The translations under genes and the position numbers were made by a program. Below the pieces are notes generated by a model. It was not told where the DNA came from and did no database searches. It saw nothing but the letters and a program-made list of their open reading frames with translations. A stretch of DNA of 62,918 nucleotides, the filler included, from Choristocarpus tenellus KU-1152 (taxonomy: Eukaryota > Protista > Phaeophyceae), in NCBI GenBank assembly GCA_964200185.2. It is 9 parts of 9 records of this genome, joined end to end, with 100 filler letters (N's around TTAATTAATTAA, not from the genome) between each part and the next. Parts side by side here need not be neighbours in the genome. Positions count along the whole stretch, not along the records: positions 35,689 to 39,313 come from CAXNAD020018884.1; positions 39,414 to 50,089 come from CAXNAD020002795.1; positions 50,190 to 59,772 come from CAXNAD020003557.1; 6 more parts are not named here. One strand, 5' to 3'. Positions 38,871-51,419 of this stretch are shown here, piece after piece; position 1 is the first letter of the stretch; the number at the start of each line of letters is the position of its first letter.

Positions 38871-39313
38871 TATATATGATGCGTTAAATATGTATCACAC
38901 CTTGAGGGACTCAACTTTCAACACTGTGTTATGTTACACCCATAACACCAAAAACGAAGGCATACTTAACACTATGTAGTGCTAATAGCACCCCAGTCCA
39001 AAACCTACATAACAAGTAGTGAAACGTTTAAGACAAAGTGTTACTAGCAACAAAGAGTTGAAGAAAGTGTTACCTTGTTCAACATGTGGTATATATAAAA
39101 GTAGGTATTAATAGTTGTAGTGTCATGCCACCCCGCCACCCTTACCAACACATTTTATTACAGAGGTAATATCTGACTGATACCAATATTCTGCTTGGTT
39201 GGATATCATTTTCCTTCCCCCCCCCCCCCATGATTTTGAGGGCTGCCCTCAATGGTGCCTGTCTTGCACAATAGGTGGTTGCAATAGAAAAATTAAAAAA
39301 GAAAAAAAATAAA

Positions 39314-39413
39314 NNNNNNNNNNNNNNNNNNNNNNNNNNNNNNNNNNNNNNNNNNNNTTAATTAATTAANNNNNNNNNNNNNNNNNNNNNNNNNNNNNNN
39401 NNNNNNNNNNNNN
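39314..39413. other. Artificial contig spacer
   Basis: N44-TTAATTAATTAA-N44. Confidence 0.97.
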
Positions 39414-39426
39414 ATACATTACATAC

Positions 39427-39457
<31 letters not shown>

Positions 39458-39482
39458 CATACATACATACATACATACATAC
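39414..39482. repeat. (TACA)n microsatellite
   Basis: Seen directly in the sequence. Confidence 0.95.
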
Positions 39483-40651
39483 TTTGGAGTACGTACAAAC
39501 ATATATGTGTGTGTGAGTGTGTTTGCGTTTCTTGGAACATCATACTCAAGTGTACATGATTTAATGTCTAATCCACTTGAATATTGCTGCTGCATATGAT
39601 ACCATTCACTCAAGTACCTCTCATCCAAACCATCTTTTGTTGACAAAGTCTCAATGATATTTTTTAATAGCAGATCAACCAACCGACCGGACAAGGCCAG
39701 GTGCATCGCCCACCAAAGGGGCTGGCTCTGTTGCAACAAGAAGTCAACCAAAGTCGTTTCTTGAAGAGATCCTGTTGTTCCTAGAAAAATCGGACGGAAC
39801 AAATGGTGCAAGACTTGCCGCAACATTTTTTGTTGTTGTTGTTGTAAAACTTGACTGACTCTATATACTTTCATTACTCAAACAATCGACCCCCTTCAAT
39901 AAAGCGATTTATTTATTTTTCAAATTGAAATGGTGAAGTGTGCCCATGCTTCTGTTTGGAGATATCTGGGCGCAACATAACGGGGTTTTTTTTTTCAACT
40001 TTTCCCCTACGTTTTAAGACCTCTACTAAAAATGATACTGGTGCTAGTTTGAACCTCAAAGCATTTGCCGGTGCAGCTCTCAGGTCTCTAGTACCAAGAA
40101 TTTGTAACTGTGAAAATCAAAATTTCGGGCTCAACCTCACGTATCAAATCACTCAAGGTATACAAAGAGTCGCGCAGGGACTCTAACCCAGGAGGGAGAC
40201 AGCCATTACTCAGACGCCAAGAATCGTTCAATGCCCTATCCCACCCCTTGAAAATACAGGCCATCCTAGAAACCTTGCCAAGGTTAGATTTCACTTATTA
40301 CCGATGTAAATTAATTATTTTTTGAAGCATATGTGAAGCTGAACGTAGGGATCAAGAATTGCATTTTAAACTTCAAGTGTACTGTCAGTCTCCCAATGGT
40401 TCTCAGTACGACGGTTTGGTAGGGAAAATCTCTCTGTGTGGTGTTTGCTTTACACCAGATTGGTATCGTTCATGCGTATACACACTTCCTAGCTCGGTTC
40501 TGGAGTACACCAGCACGATCATGCTACGGAGTACACCTGCACGATCATGCTATGAGCAGTAACACCGTCACATAAATCCACCTCACCTATGGCCCATCAA
40601 TCCTTACAAAAAATAAGTCATACGGTGGCGTAAGGCCTTTACTGTTTTTCC

Positions 40652-40654
<3 letters not shown>

Positions 40655-40693
<39 letters not shown>

Positions 40694-40701
40694 ACACACA
40701 C
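40655..40701. repeat. (CA)n microsatellite
   Basis: Seen directly in the sequence. Confidence 0.95.
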
Positions 40702-40900
40702 ATCCATACCCTTCTTTTTTTTAACATTGAGAGAGGTTAAGGGAGTTCACGGGGTGAACACATCCTCTTGGTTACAGAAGGATGTATAACATTACTTTGG
40801 AAGTGCTTTTTTTGCTGTCTCATACCGACAATGCCCTAATCTTGGCATGAGCTTCACCATGCAAGCATGGCTCCAAGGCAATAACTGCTGTGCAAACACA

Positions 40901-41078
40901 GACCCAAAGTATATCTGGGGGGGGGAGGGTCTACACCAGAGTGTCCATTTGAACCAAAACCAGGAAAAGTGCACTTTCATTATCCATCCAACATATGGAA
41001 CCAAATCACCCAAAATCCGACATGAAAAAATTGGCCCCGAATGGACAGCCGCCACCCCCCCCCAAGATACTTGGACCC
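40901..41078 (-). mobile_element. MITE family C
   Basis: GACCCAAAGTATATCT-G(n)...C(n)-AAGATACTTGGACCC. Confidence 0.85.
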
Positions 41079-41199
41079 AATACCTAGGACGAAGGCCCTT
41101 TGTCGTTCAAGTTGCTTGCTCATCCCAACATTGCCAATCAATCCCAATTCTTCGGCCCAGAAGCCTGTCCGGGGTCAGGACTCAAACACCCTAACAAAG

Positions 41200-42200
41200 A
41201 ATGGTGTGGTGGCGTGGTGCCTGGAGGCGGGAGGGTGCAAGACCCAGATTTCCTTGGGGATGGTGACGGCCATTGCAAAGGACTTTGGAATTCCCCAAAT
41301 CACTGTGTTCTTTCATCTGAAGGAGTATGACATGCAGATCACACGGGGTGGATGCATGCACCTTGTATGGCGTCGCAAGGGGCAATGTGGCCGCGGTACA
41401 ACTATCCTCAATATTTGGGATGTCCCATCGGCACACCGGACATCCTTCCGCAAATGGACGACCAAAGCTGGGGTCTCCCTTTCCTCGTTATGAGATCTGC
41501 TGTGCAAACTCGAGAAGGTGAAGAAGATCGAGCAATGGATTGAGCCAGTCCTCTCAGATCAGCAGAAAGTCAACAGGAGGGGTTTCATCATCAGTCACAC
41601 TCAGAGGAGGGGGGAGAGTGGGGTATTAATGAGTGGTCTATATGACTGGGTGTATGTGGACAAGAAGTAGTTTTCATCCTCAAAGATGGGTAAGGTTAGG
41701 GTTAGGGTTAGTGTACCTTGGAAAATTGGGATCTGGTCAATCGTGGACAATGAGGTCGCTCAGCACTCCAGCAAACACCACCCCATAACCACTAAGGTAC
41801 TTGTGCCAGCCAAGGTGGGACAGGAAGAGGTGTAGAAGCTCATGATCGAAGATGTCATTCGGCAATCAAGGCCCGCATACCTAGGCTGGAAGGACACACC
41901 ATCCTGGGGTCATGGAGGCAATCGAGGAGGCGATAGGGGATGACATGGTCATAGAGACACAGTCAGCCAACACACCTGACCTCAACGTCAACGATCTAGA
42001 ATTCTTTCATTCTATCCCGTAACAGAAGGAAGACGTGGGATTGACCAACACAGAGGAGGTGGTGGAAGCCTCAATGGAGGGATTCGATGTGTAGCCCTGG
42101 GAGACGCTAGAGCATTTCAGGGAGAGCCTCTTCACAGTCTACGGTGAAGTGCTGGAACCCAAGGATGACAACGTTTATTCAAAATTCCCATCTTAGCAAG
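41200..42200 (+). pseudogene. Degenerate mariner-like (DD39D/plant-type) transposase
   Basis: From 41521: IEPVLSDQQKVNRRGF...LYDWVYVDKK*F (cf. VHIDEKWF); near 41960: QSANTPDLNVNDLEFFHSI (cf. QPPNSPDLNVLDLGFF); DNVYSKFP-like end; boundaries approximate. Confidence 0.85.
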
Positions 42201-45200
42201 GAAAAGGCCGAGAAGGCGGGCAAGGTCCCCTCAAATGCCCCGCTAGATGCAGTGAAATACCATGCTGGAGTGGAGTCTTAGAGGGTTTCGGTGATGGAAT
42301 CATAGATAGGTGCAGGCTGCACCTTTTTGCTTAAGAATTCGATGGGCAACCTCTTAGCAACTGCACAATACATCCATAAAATATGAACATGGGAAAATAA
42401 ATCTTGCTTCTTCATATATGTGGGTTGAAATTTATATTACATTTAATTCCGAACGGAGGAAGTAATAGTGAAGAGGACAATATATTATAATATAGGACTT
42501 CCATGTCACGATGGCGTTTAATAGACCGTAACCTGGACTGGGCGTCTGTAACAAGATGTCAAGAAAAAAAGGTCGTGAACAGGGCTGATTTAGGTCATTT
42601 TTACCAGTTATCTATTAATTTACAAAACGATAGGTTAAAACTCATTCCTGACAATGTCATGAGCCGAGGTAAAGGAGAGGCACTCAGTTTTTGTTATTTT
42701 GTATTTTAACCAGTTTTTCAATCTTTTGCAATTTACCCATACTTCTAGGGATGAAGTGCTAAGTTTGACTTGAGGGAGTTGATTTCTCTATTGTTAAAAC
42801 TTTTCGACACGATTCGGAAAATATCCTATACACAAGTTTTGAAAATATATTTGGACATCCTTGAAATGCAACTTTGGGAACCTCTCGTTTTCTTTGACTG
42901 ATATTGTCACGCCATTCTAAGAACATCGACAACTTACGAACCGCATTATGACACTTGTTAACATCATCCGTTATTTGGCAGACGTTTCAGCCAATTCTGT
43001 CCGGAATATTCTCGAGGACAACGCCTTGTGGCCATTTGCTTTACAACGCCCATTGTGTAGACAGTGCTCCGTATTGTGCTGCCCTAAAACGTTAGGCTGT
43101 ATTACGCAAAGCTTACTTTGTCCCAAGTGTCCAGATTGCTCCTCATGCTGTTGTTCTTTATGTATGCTGCTTTTTTGTGCCTTGTGAATTGGAAATGCCT
43201 CGTCTTTTTCTGTAATTATTCTTTACTACTCTTTTTTTGCTGGCTGTAGTTACAACTTCAAGTAGTTGTAGGGGTGTTCAACCTTTCTCCTCTCCACCAT
43301 GACCTTCAAGTAGTAAACCAGAACCTATTTCAATATTGTGTGTTTGAGCGACCCTTGGTCTGATACAGCAACTCCCGAAATGATAAACACCATGTATGTT
43401 CCATACACCGCTCAAGCACATGTACCATGTACTTTCATATTCCGAGTGTGATGGGTTATCCAACATTTATTTAGTGTTTTGTCAAAAATTGAAATGCCAC
43501 TCTGTGGTTGGTGTGCGCGCAAGGCGAGAAGCGAGATGGAGCCCAACAGAGCACTATGTTGAATTCCATGGCTTAGATGAGGCGGGACACGGAGGCGAGA
43601 TGGCAACAGCATTGAGTGATGTTGGCGACTCAAGCTTGGCTAGGTATCAAACAGATATGAACCCTGAAAGAAGGATTGGACAGAGGCGCCCAGTGACAGC
43701 ACTGTTGGAAAAAGTTTCCCAAGTGAGATGGCAAAGAAGAAGGATGCTTGCAATTCAAAAAGAGGCTGCTGTCTCATGTTTTTATAGGAGGATGGAAGAA
43801 TGCTCTGTTGAGGAGTACACTGACACAAGTAATGTTGGATATCCTGACAAGATAGACATTTGATCAACGTGATGTGTTACAGGCACACACAGACTTATGG
43901 CCTTGACATGGGATAGTGAAGGTGGTAAAAAACGAGAAGAACGGTGTGAGTGATACTGGTACTAGCAAAATCAGAGACAGGGATAATATCCTGACTAGAG
44001 CGCTTTCATGACTCCCTTTGTTAGGAGGATAAAGATAGATACATGGTCCTGGAAGGGGAGAAAGGGGAAAAGCGAAAATCCATCCCGAATTCCTACACCT
44101 GGAGGAATAATGTAGATTTGTGGTCCTGAAACGGGAAGGGGAAACGCAAAAACTGAGATGACTGGTAGGTGGGGCAAGAAAAGAACGAGTGGGACCAGTT
44201 CAACAAGATGGCATACATGGCGCATCCAGAATGGAACAGAGCTTAAGAGTCAACTCTAGGTGGAGACTGATCTACTTGAGCAGAGACAGTTTGGGATGAT
44301 GAACTTGTTGTATGGGTTTGAGTTTTATACTAGGGGCCTCAACTAGTGTGGTAAGGAAGACTATCATAATTTGAGTGATTTGATTCAAAATTAAGATAGA
44401 GGCCAAGGCTGATGGATGGATTTCATTTTAAAGTAATGTAAAGAAAAAGTCTGAGCATTGTGACTGGAAGTTGAGGACTATGCATGTTTACAGCAGGGGA
44501 GGGTGATAGAGACTATTATTGATAGCACACTGTGCGTCAAGAGGAGGGGAGTGTGTCCAAACTCAGAATAACAGAGTTCTAACCAGGTCGAGATCAGATT
44601 TCCTTAACAAAGAAATCTAGACTTTTTGGGGCACATGGCCAGTATAATGGAAAGGTATACCTATACCTCTTGGTCTGTAGCTAAACCACAAAAAAATGCA
44701 GAAAACCTTAATGTGGTGATGAGGCGGAGTGACAAGTGGTGGCATGACTAAACCGGACTCATGAGAAAAAACAAGGCACACACAGAGCAGTGTAATCAGT
44801 TGCAGTACCACAGTTTGTACTGCATAGAAATTAGTAAGACTTCCAAAAATCACCAACACAAGAGGGAAAACATAGGCATTGTACAGTGCTACACACCCAA
44901 CAAATTCCCACAAGCGTTCAACACACAATAAATCCTTGCAGATACATGGCAAGAACTCGAGCGCACCTATACACATAATATATGAAAGCAATGACTATCT
45001 GTGCCCACTCCCAATGAACTCTACAACAACAGACATCAAGGACCAAGAAAAAACACTCAAAAATGCAAAAGAGTAGTCACTAAAATATCCTTCACCCTGC
45101 AACAAACCTTACTATACTTAGATCTTTCCAGTGAAATCTTGTTGCTTGCACCCAACATAAGTCATATACACTCAATGAACGATTCTATCAACACCATCAA

Positions 45201-45242
45201 ACCCCCTACAAAGGGCATTTCACACACACACACACACCCTTG

Positions 45243-48200
45243 TCAATCATCACGTAGAGGAGAGATTCCCTTCAGCCCCACACAACCATACCGATCCTCA
45301 ACCTCTTTCTCCAAACTCATGGCACCCCCAGCCTCTCCTTCCTCCAAGGCCACTGTGATCAGTCGCTCACTCCCTTTCATCTCCCCAGACATTTCTCCAG
45401 CCCTTATTGCATCGCCTGCCCTCAACCTTTCCCCCTCTCCAACTCCAACATAATTTACATCCACTGCACTTGCCATGTCAAGGAAAGCCCTCTCTGTTGG
45501 ACAGCCCCTCACCTCCACCAAGAAGTCCACGCTAACATACTTGAACAGCCCAAGTTGAGGGCAAGCAAACCTTGAATCTGAACCACTACCTCGCCTCTCA
45601 CACACCTCAGCACCATCATCCAAAGAAAGCCATGGGGCTGAGCGGGGGTCTTGGATCGGGAGCTCTGGGAATGAATATTCAGCTTCCCGAGAGGCAGAAG
45701 TGTGGCGGACACAGAAAGCGTGAGTGGGAAGGCGGATGCTAACTCTCTCGCCCAAGTTCTGCACCACCGCTCGGAGTTCAACCACCTTTGCCCAATGCAG
45801 GTTGTATCATTAGGTGGGGTAGGGGGGTGGCAACAGGATGTAGGGTTGTGTTTGAGGGTGTAGATGAGAGAGAGAGAAGGTGGTGCTATCCCAAAACAGG
45901 GCAAGCAAACACAGCAGGCACATTTTTCCTGCCTCCAAGTACAATGAACATCCACCTTTGGACCTACAGATGGCGGGCAGACATCACCATCGTGCACTTC
46001 ATGTCGGGTGCTCAGCAGACCCCATAAACATAACCCACACACAGTTCCACACTCAAAATCTACAGAAACTCTGACTTCAAAGGTGGGTTGGGGTTGGAGG
46101 AAGGTTATCCGAAACCAAGGCTGAAACAACTTCCACCATACAACTGCACACAAAAGAGTAGGGTTTAGATTCAGTTGTGGATGCCCATTTTTTTTTTCAA
46201 ATATACTTCAAAGTGCAACATTAATGGTTTTAATAGCACGAAGGTTTGGATGCAAGCACAGTGCTTGATTTTGTTGTTGGTGGAAAAGTCCTTTGTGGGA
46301 GGGGGGGAGAGAGGGTGGGGGAGGTGCAGGAGATATTAATAGACAACCATACCTCAGCAGCACGATACTCGCCAACAACAGGTCCCATAACAGAACGTGT
46401 AGTCATGCCATTGCTTCTCCTACACAGTGCGATCCAGACCATGGGACTCTGTGCATGTGTCAACATGGACCAAGGTAAACCATTGGAGATGAAGGAGAAA
46501 GGAGAGAATCCATGAAATAGGGTACCAAGGGACAGAGATGCATACCAACAAGGGAGAGGGGGGTGGGATTGGACACAAATCTGGATGGACTATCAATGGG
46601 GAGGTAGAAATAAAATCACCATTAATCAACACAACACTAAGGATAGATGCAGCACACATAGAGCTGTATAAGGCGATCATTTGTTCTGAGACATTTAGGA
46701 GCGAGAAAGGTCCAGTCCCTGTAAGCATCTCACAACAAAGAGAGTACTCCCAAGTACATGAATACCATGACAACTCTCAGACAACAACAGACAATCAACA
46801 GCATCAATATATCCTATTGCATCAACCAAGACTTTAATATTTTCCATCTCACCTACACCTCCCATTCATCCTTTGATCTTCCTACTGCCCCCCCGCACCT
46901 ACCCCATGTTACACATCTTCCCCATGACATCAACCTGTTCTAGTGTGCTACGATGTCAGATTTCCTCTAGGGGTACTTTTGATCGACACTTCCACTCATT
47001 CTCCTCCACCCTGACCCTCCCCACAACCCAAATCTTACCCCTTTGCAGTGGCTCCTCCCAATCACAGTGTGCAAAGACGAAAGGGCCCCTCTCGGTGGCC
47101 TTGAATCAGCATGCAACCTGTGGTAGACTTGGCGCAAAGAAGGGGGTGCGGGTGCAGGACAAACCACATTGGGCAAACGCCAGACCTCAGCCATGCACTC
47201 CTCAGGACTGAGCCTCCACCGGCGTTCACACAGGTTTCCCCAACTGCTCATAAAGATAGAGACCACACGAGGGGGAGGAAGGGGAGGGGGATTTAACACT
47301 GTCCTAAATATCACCAGAATGCTTGGCATACATAGAGAATGAATCCAACCAGAAAGCCTTGTGTTCTCAACCAAATTAGGGTCAATGTGTACTAAATATA
47401 GTGCATATATATTTGCTGCAGCAGAGCTCTACTAAGCAGAACATCGACACGGGTAACACATAGAAACCATAGAGTCACGTTTGGATACCCCCACCCAGAA
47501 CCTATCTAGCCGTCCTATCCCTTGGAAGTACAATAGAAAAGTTGCCCACTCAAGATAACAAACTAAAATGTTCCAACCTATCAGCCTGCCTCACTTAACA
47601 CCGCCAACATCAATACTTTGGGCATCGCCCTGGCAGCACAAAGCATCTTTTCAACAGAAAACATATGCATGAAAGCAAATGAGCACATTTGTGGCATTGA
47701 CACATACCGAAAAAACTCACCAGCAATCCCACGCACATTTATCCTGCCAAGCCCTGCACACCTTCCTACCCTCTTCCAAAGACTGAGGACCAAGGAAACG
47801 GAATACAGCCAGGGCCAAGAGCTGACCAAACACCTGGCCCTTCACTCCTTGTCCAGCCCTGTCTCCAACAGGAGACGAACCACAGACACGAGCACGAGTG
47901 AAATCTCGACCAGATTCGGAAGCAGGGACCATGTCATGGGGAACAGTTGGGGCAGAGGCAGGGTCAGTGCCTAGTACATTGGAAAGGACAGGACTCGATG
48001 CCACCCCAGGACAAATTCGAGGACCCCTCTTCAGCGATGGGGCTAATGCAAGGGGTGGATCTGCTTCAAGGGAAGCTCTCAGACCAGGTGCAATGGCTGA
48101 AGCTGCAACCATGCCAGGCGCCAGGCCAGGACCAGGGATAATGGGTTGGGTCACAGTAGCTGGACTGCCTTGGGCAGAGGGAGTGACTTGGACAGGGGAA

Positions 48201-49538
48201 ACAGCAGGGAATTCAGGACCTCTATCAGATGCAGCAAGGCAGGCACGTAGTGCTGCATTCTCTGCAGATAGTGCCCTGACCACTTCTGTTGCTCGCACCA
48301 CAATGACAGCACGTTTAGGACCTCTCCCAGGTATGAGTGCTGCTGCACTTGATGAGAGGGGAATTGAACAGGTTGTCGTGGCCTCGAGGAGAGCCTGTCA
48401 TCCATTTACAGGGAGGTAAGTGGGTTGTTATATTATGAGTGATGTATGGAAAAAAATAGAGGAAGGGGAGTGAAACATTGACAAGAGGGCGTTTTCTGTG
48501 GAATGATTAAAGAAATGCCTTGTAGGTGGGGATTGATGTAGTTGAACGTTGATAGGGAAGTTGAGGTGGATGCACCTCGTATAGATTGTCGTAGCCCTCA
48601 TTCATCTGACGTCTCAGGAGCTTTGCTCTGTCTCTCTTGCGGGAATAGCTCTCCTCCGCTGACTGAAGAGAGGATCCTGGGAACGGGGGCATGGTCCCTG
48701 GAACAACATCGGTTGGGGCCTGCCGGATACGAGCGGATGAGCGCGAATGGGCAACATATTGGGAAGAATAAGCTCCTGTTCCAGAATATACCTAGCCTAC
48801 TCTCTACCATCCACGGCAAAAAATGTATGAGAATCAACAGCCCTCCTTGATAGGCTGGTCGCCCCAAGTGCCACCTCTTGCCTGCAAGCCTAGTTTGAAC
48901 CTCGCTAAAGCGGTGACGGCGTCCACTTTCTGGTTGCACCCACTGCAAGAGAGTAACCTACGATGTGTGAGCTTGTGCGACCATTTTTAGAGTGCAATTG
49001 ATGGCAGTTGCGCCCTTTACTTCAGTCCAAGGTGCATCGTCTGTGTGGGTGGTAAACTCACATGAACTCCCTGCCCTCGACCAGGTGCAAGTCCAGGAGA
49101 ATTAGGAGGCCACACCGGGTGAAGAATAGAATTGCTGTTTACAGCTTTTTTAGGCAATGACACACTTTCTGGGCCTGAAACTTTCTCGCTTACGAGGAGA
49201 GGTTGCAATGGTGATGAGGTCAGGGATGGGTCGTGCAACTGCAGCCGAAGCGCAGGTTCAGGGTTCTGTTGCAAGGACAGAGTTGAGCCTGCTGGTAAAC
49301 TTTTCACTGCGGAGTTCACGAAGCTTTCCTGCTGCCATGGCGTATAGCACTCTGGAAGGATGGTTGCTTCGGGAGAAGAAGACCCTGTAGTCGCCTGCAC
49401 AATGACAGGGTCACTATCGTCAACGAGTGCACGGTCCCCAAAGAAATCTTGCCAATCCCCGCCAAAAATTTCACCATCCATTTCATCCTGTCCAGGGGCA
49501 TGGCCCCATTCACCTAGACCGCCGTTAAAGTCACTCAT
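45243..49538 (-). CDS. Putative bHLH-Zip plus F-box protein with an uncharacterised C-terminal domain
   Basis: Exons 49538-49021, 48942-48882, 48719-48576, 48394-47721, 47243-47039, 46448-46353 and 45785-45243 join in frame; bHLH-like RKRDRAKLLRRQMNEGYDNLYEAL...KRAVIVVRATEVVRALSAENAAL; F-box-like LLALAVFRFLGPQSLEEGRKVCRAWQDKCAWDCCWGNLCERRW. Confidence 0.78.
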
Positions 49539-49997
49539 TGCCTTGTCCCTCTCTTTCTGTGACCTGTTCACATCTTTACGGACAAACCTGAACTTTCTTT
49601 GGGCGCCATGGAGCGGTCCAGAGAGCGATGGGTCGACTATACTATTAATACTAACAAAATAATGATATTACTTTTGTACTACTTTAACTACGAATATTGT
49701 TTATACACACTACTCCTATTTTTCAAAACACAAAACGTGATTTTGGTTTCATCATCTCAGAGAGCACCCAGTGAGAGATGAGGGAAAAGTGCAATGGTTC
49801 ACGAGGATTGTGTTGAGGCAGTAGTGGCCAAGTCATTGGATCTGATGGGGTATAATGTAACGAGATGGTCAGAGGTGGCAGAGTTGACGCTTTGTAGCAA
49901 TACTTTGGTAGTGTACGGAGACAAGGAAGGAGGGAAGTGACCTGAAGTCACAGAAATTACTGATGATGTAGGTGGGGTAAGCATTTCTATTTTGAGC

Positions 49998-50089
49998 GAG
50001 CCAAAGTATCTGGGGGGGGGATGGAGGTTGTCCATTTGGGGCAAATCTTTTCATGTCGCGATTGTGGGGTGATTTGGTTGCATACATCA
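49998..50089 (+). mobile_element. Partial MITE family C at contig end
   Basis: GAGCCAAAGTATCT-G(n) plus interior matching 25178-25265. Confidence 0.8.
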
Positions 50090-50189
50090 NNNNNNNNNNN
50101 NNNNNNNNNNNNNNNNNNNNNNNNNNNNNNNNNTTAATTAATTAANNNNNNNNNNNNNNNNNNNNNNNNNNNNNNNNNNNNNNNNNNNN
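50090..50189. other. Artificial contig spacer
   Basis: N44-TTAATTAATTAA-N44. Confidence 0.97.
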
Positions 50190-50569
50190 CCTACAAAAAG
50201 TCCCCCCCCCCCCCTCCCTTCCTCAACTTCCTCTGTACCAGTGATACATACCCTCCTCTGCCCCCTGCCCACAGAGCATTCTATTTTATTTTATTTCATT
50301 TCATTTTTTTTTTTCTGTGGTGTAGTTCAATCACTTGCCTTAACATTGGTCTTGTGATTCTGGTCATAGGTGTATATGGCACACAGTATCCGAGGAGAGT
50401 TAGGCTGAGCGATATCGTTTGCCTTGGCAGAGCCACCCCACACCTCCACTCGCTGCAGCAGCTTCTTGTGAGCATCCTCCCTACTCCGCGGAAGGCAGTG
50501 TGTAGGTGGATCTTGTTTGGAAGAGGTTGTATATTATATTGCATGGCGTTTACATCAATAGGAGTAATT

Positions 50570-50606
50570 GTATGTATGTATGTATGTATGTATGTATGTA
50601 TGTATG
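50570..50606. repeat. (GTAT)n microsatellite
   Basis: Seen directly in the sequence. Confidence 0.95.
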
Positions 50607-51419
50607 TGTGTGTGTATGTTTTGGTTGTGAAATAAAAGAGGAATATTAGTAAGCCCAGGTTGCCCCATTGAGAAATCAAGGTAAATCTGCTGCAAATGGT
50701 TTGAGCACTTGCTCAACTAAGCTGCTCCCACCTTTGGAGAGCAGGCATCATAATGTTTCTCCCTTCTTGGGGGACAGCAACCTCCCCAAGTCCCCCACTG
50801 AAAAAGCCACAACCATATATATATATATATATATATGTATCTTAATGCATATAGTCCCCCTCTTTATCTTCTCAGCCGTGAGACCGCACAGAGATAACAC
50901 GAGGGATGGGAGGATGAGAACTAATGCAACAATGGGACTCTTCCACCTCTTACCCATCGTCGTTCTTTTTCATTTGAGAAAAAAGAAAAGAAGATGAAAC
51001 ATGGAAAAAATAGTGAAAAATAGTGACAGCGATTGAAAGTTTCCGTGGATGAGATAACAACCAAGAGAGAAATATATATATTTTTTAATGCACTGAATCA
51101 GAACTGAACCGGAGAGTAACAGTCAATCGAATTCAATCACTTAACTTTAGATGTTGATTTTTCTCTTTTCAAAAAACCCCTGAAAAAGAACACACGCACA
51201 CACACAAAAAAATAAAAGTTGCCCGATCAGGGGTTGTGACCCATAAATGAGAGCCACTGTCATACCCTCCTGAAGAAGGGCCATGGGGCATGGGATTTGC
51301 ATCCCTCATACCCTTTCTGACTTGGCATAAAGTATCGTAATGATCACGGTAAAGTATCGAGACGCACAAGGGACAATCGATCAGACAGCAGTGCGGTACA
51401 AGGAGTAAATCGACTTGGT

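Noticed and set aside
39500-43200. Endogenous giant-virus fragments in AT-rich stretches flanking the mariner relic
   Set aside because: No recognisable viral hallmark protein was found in the frames I read
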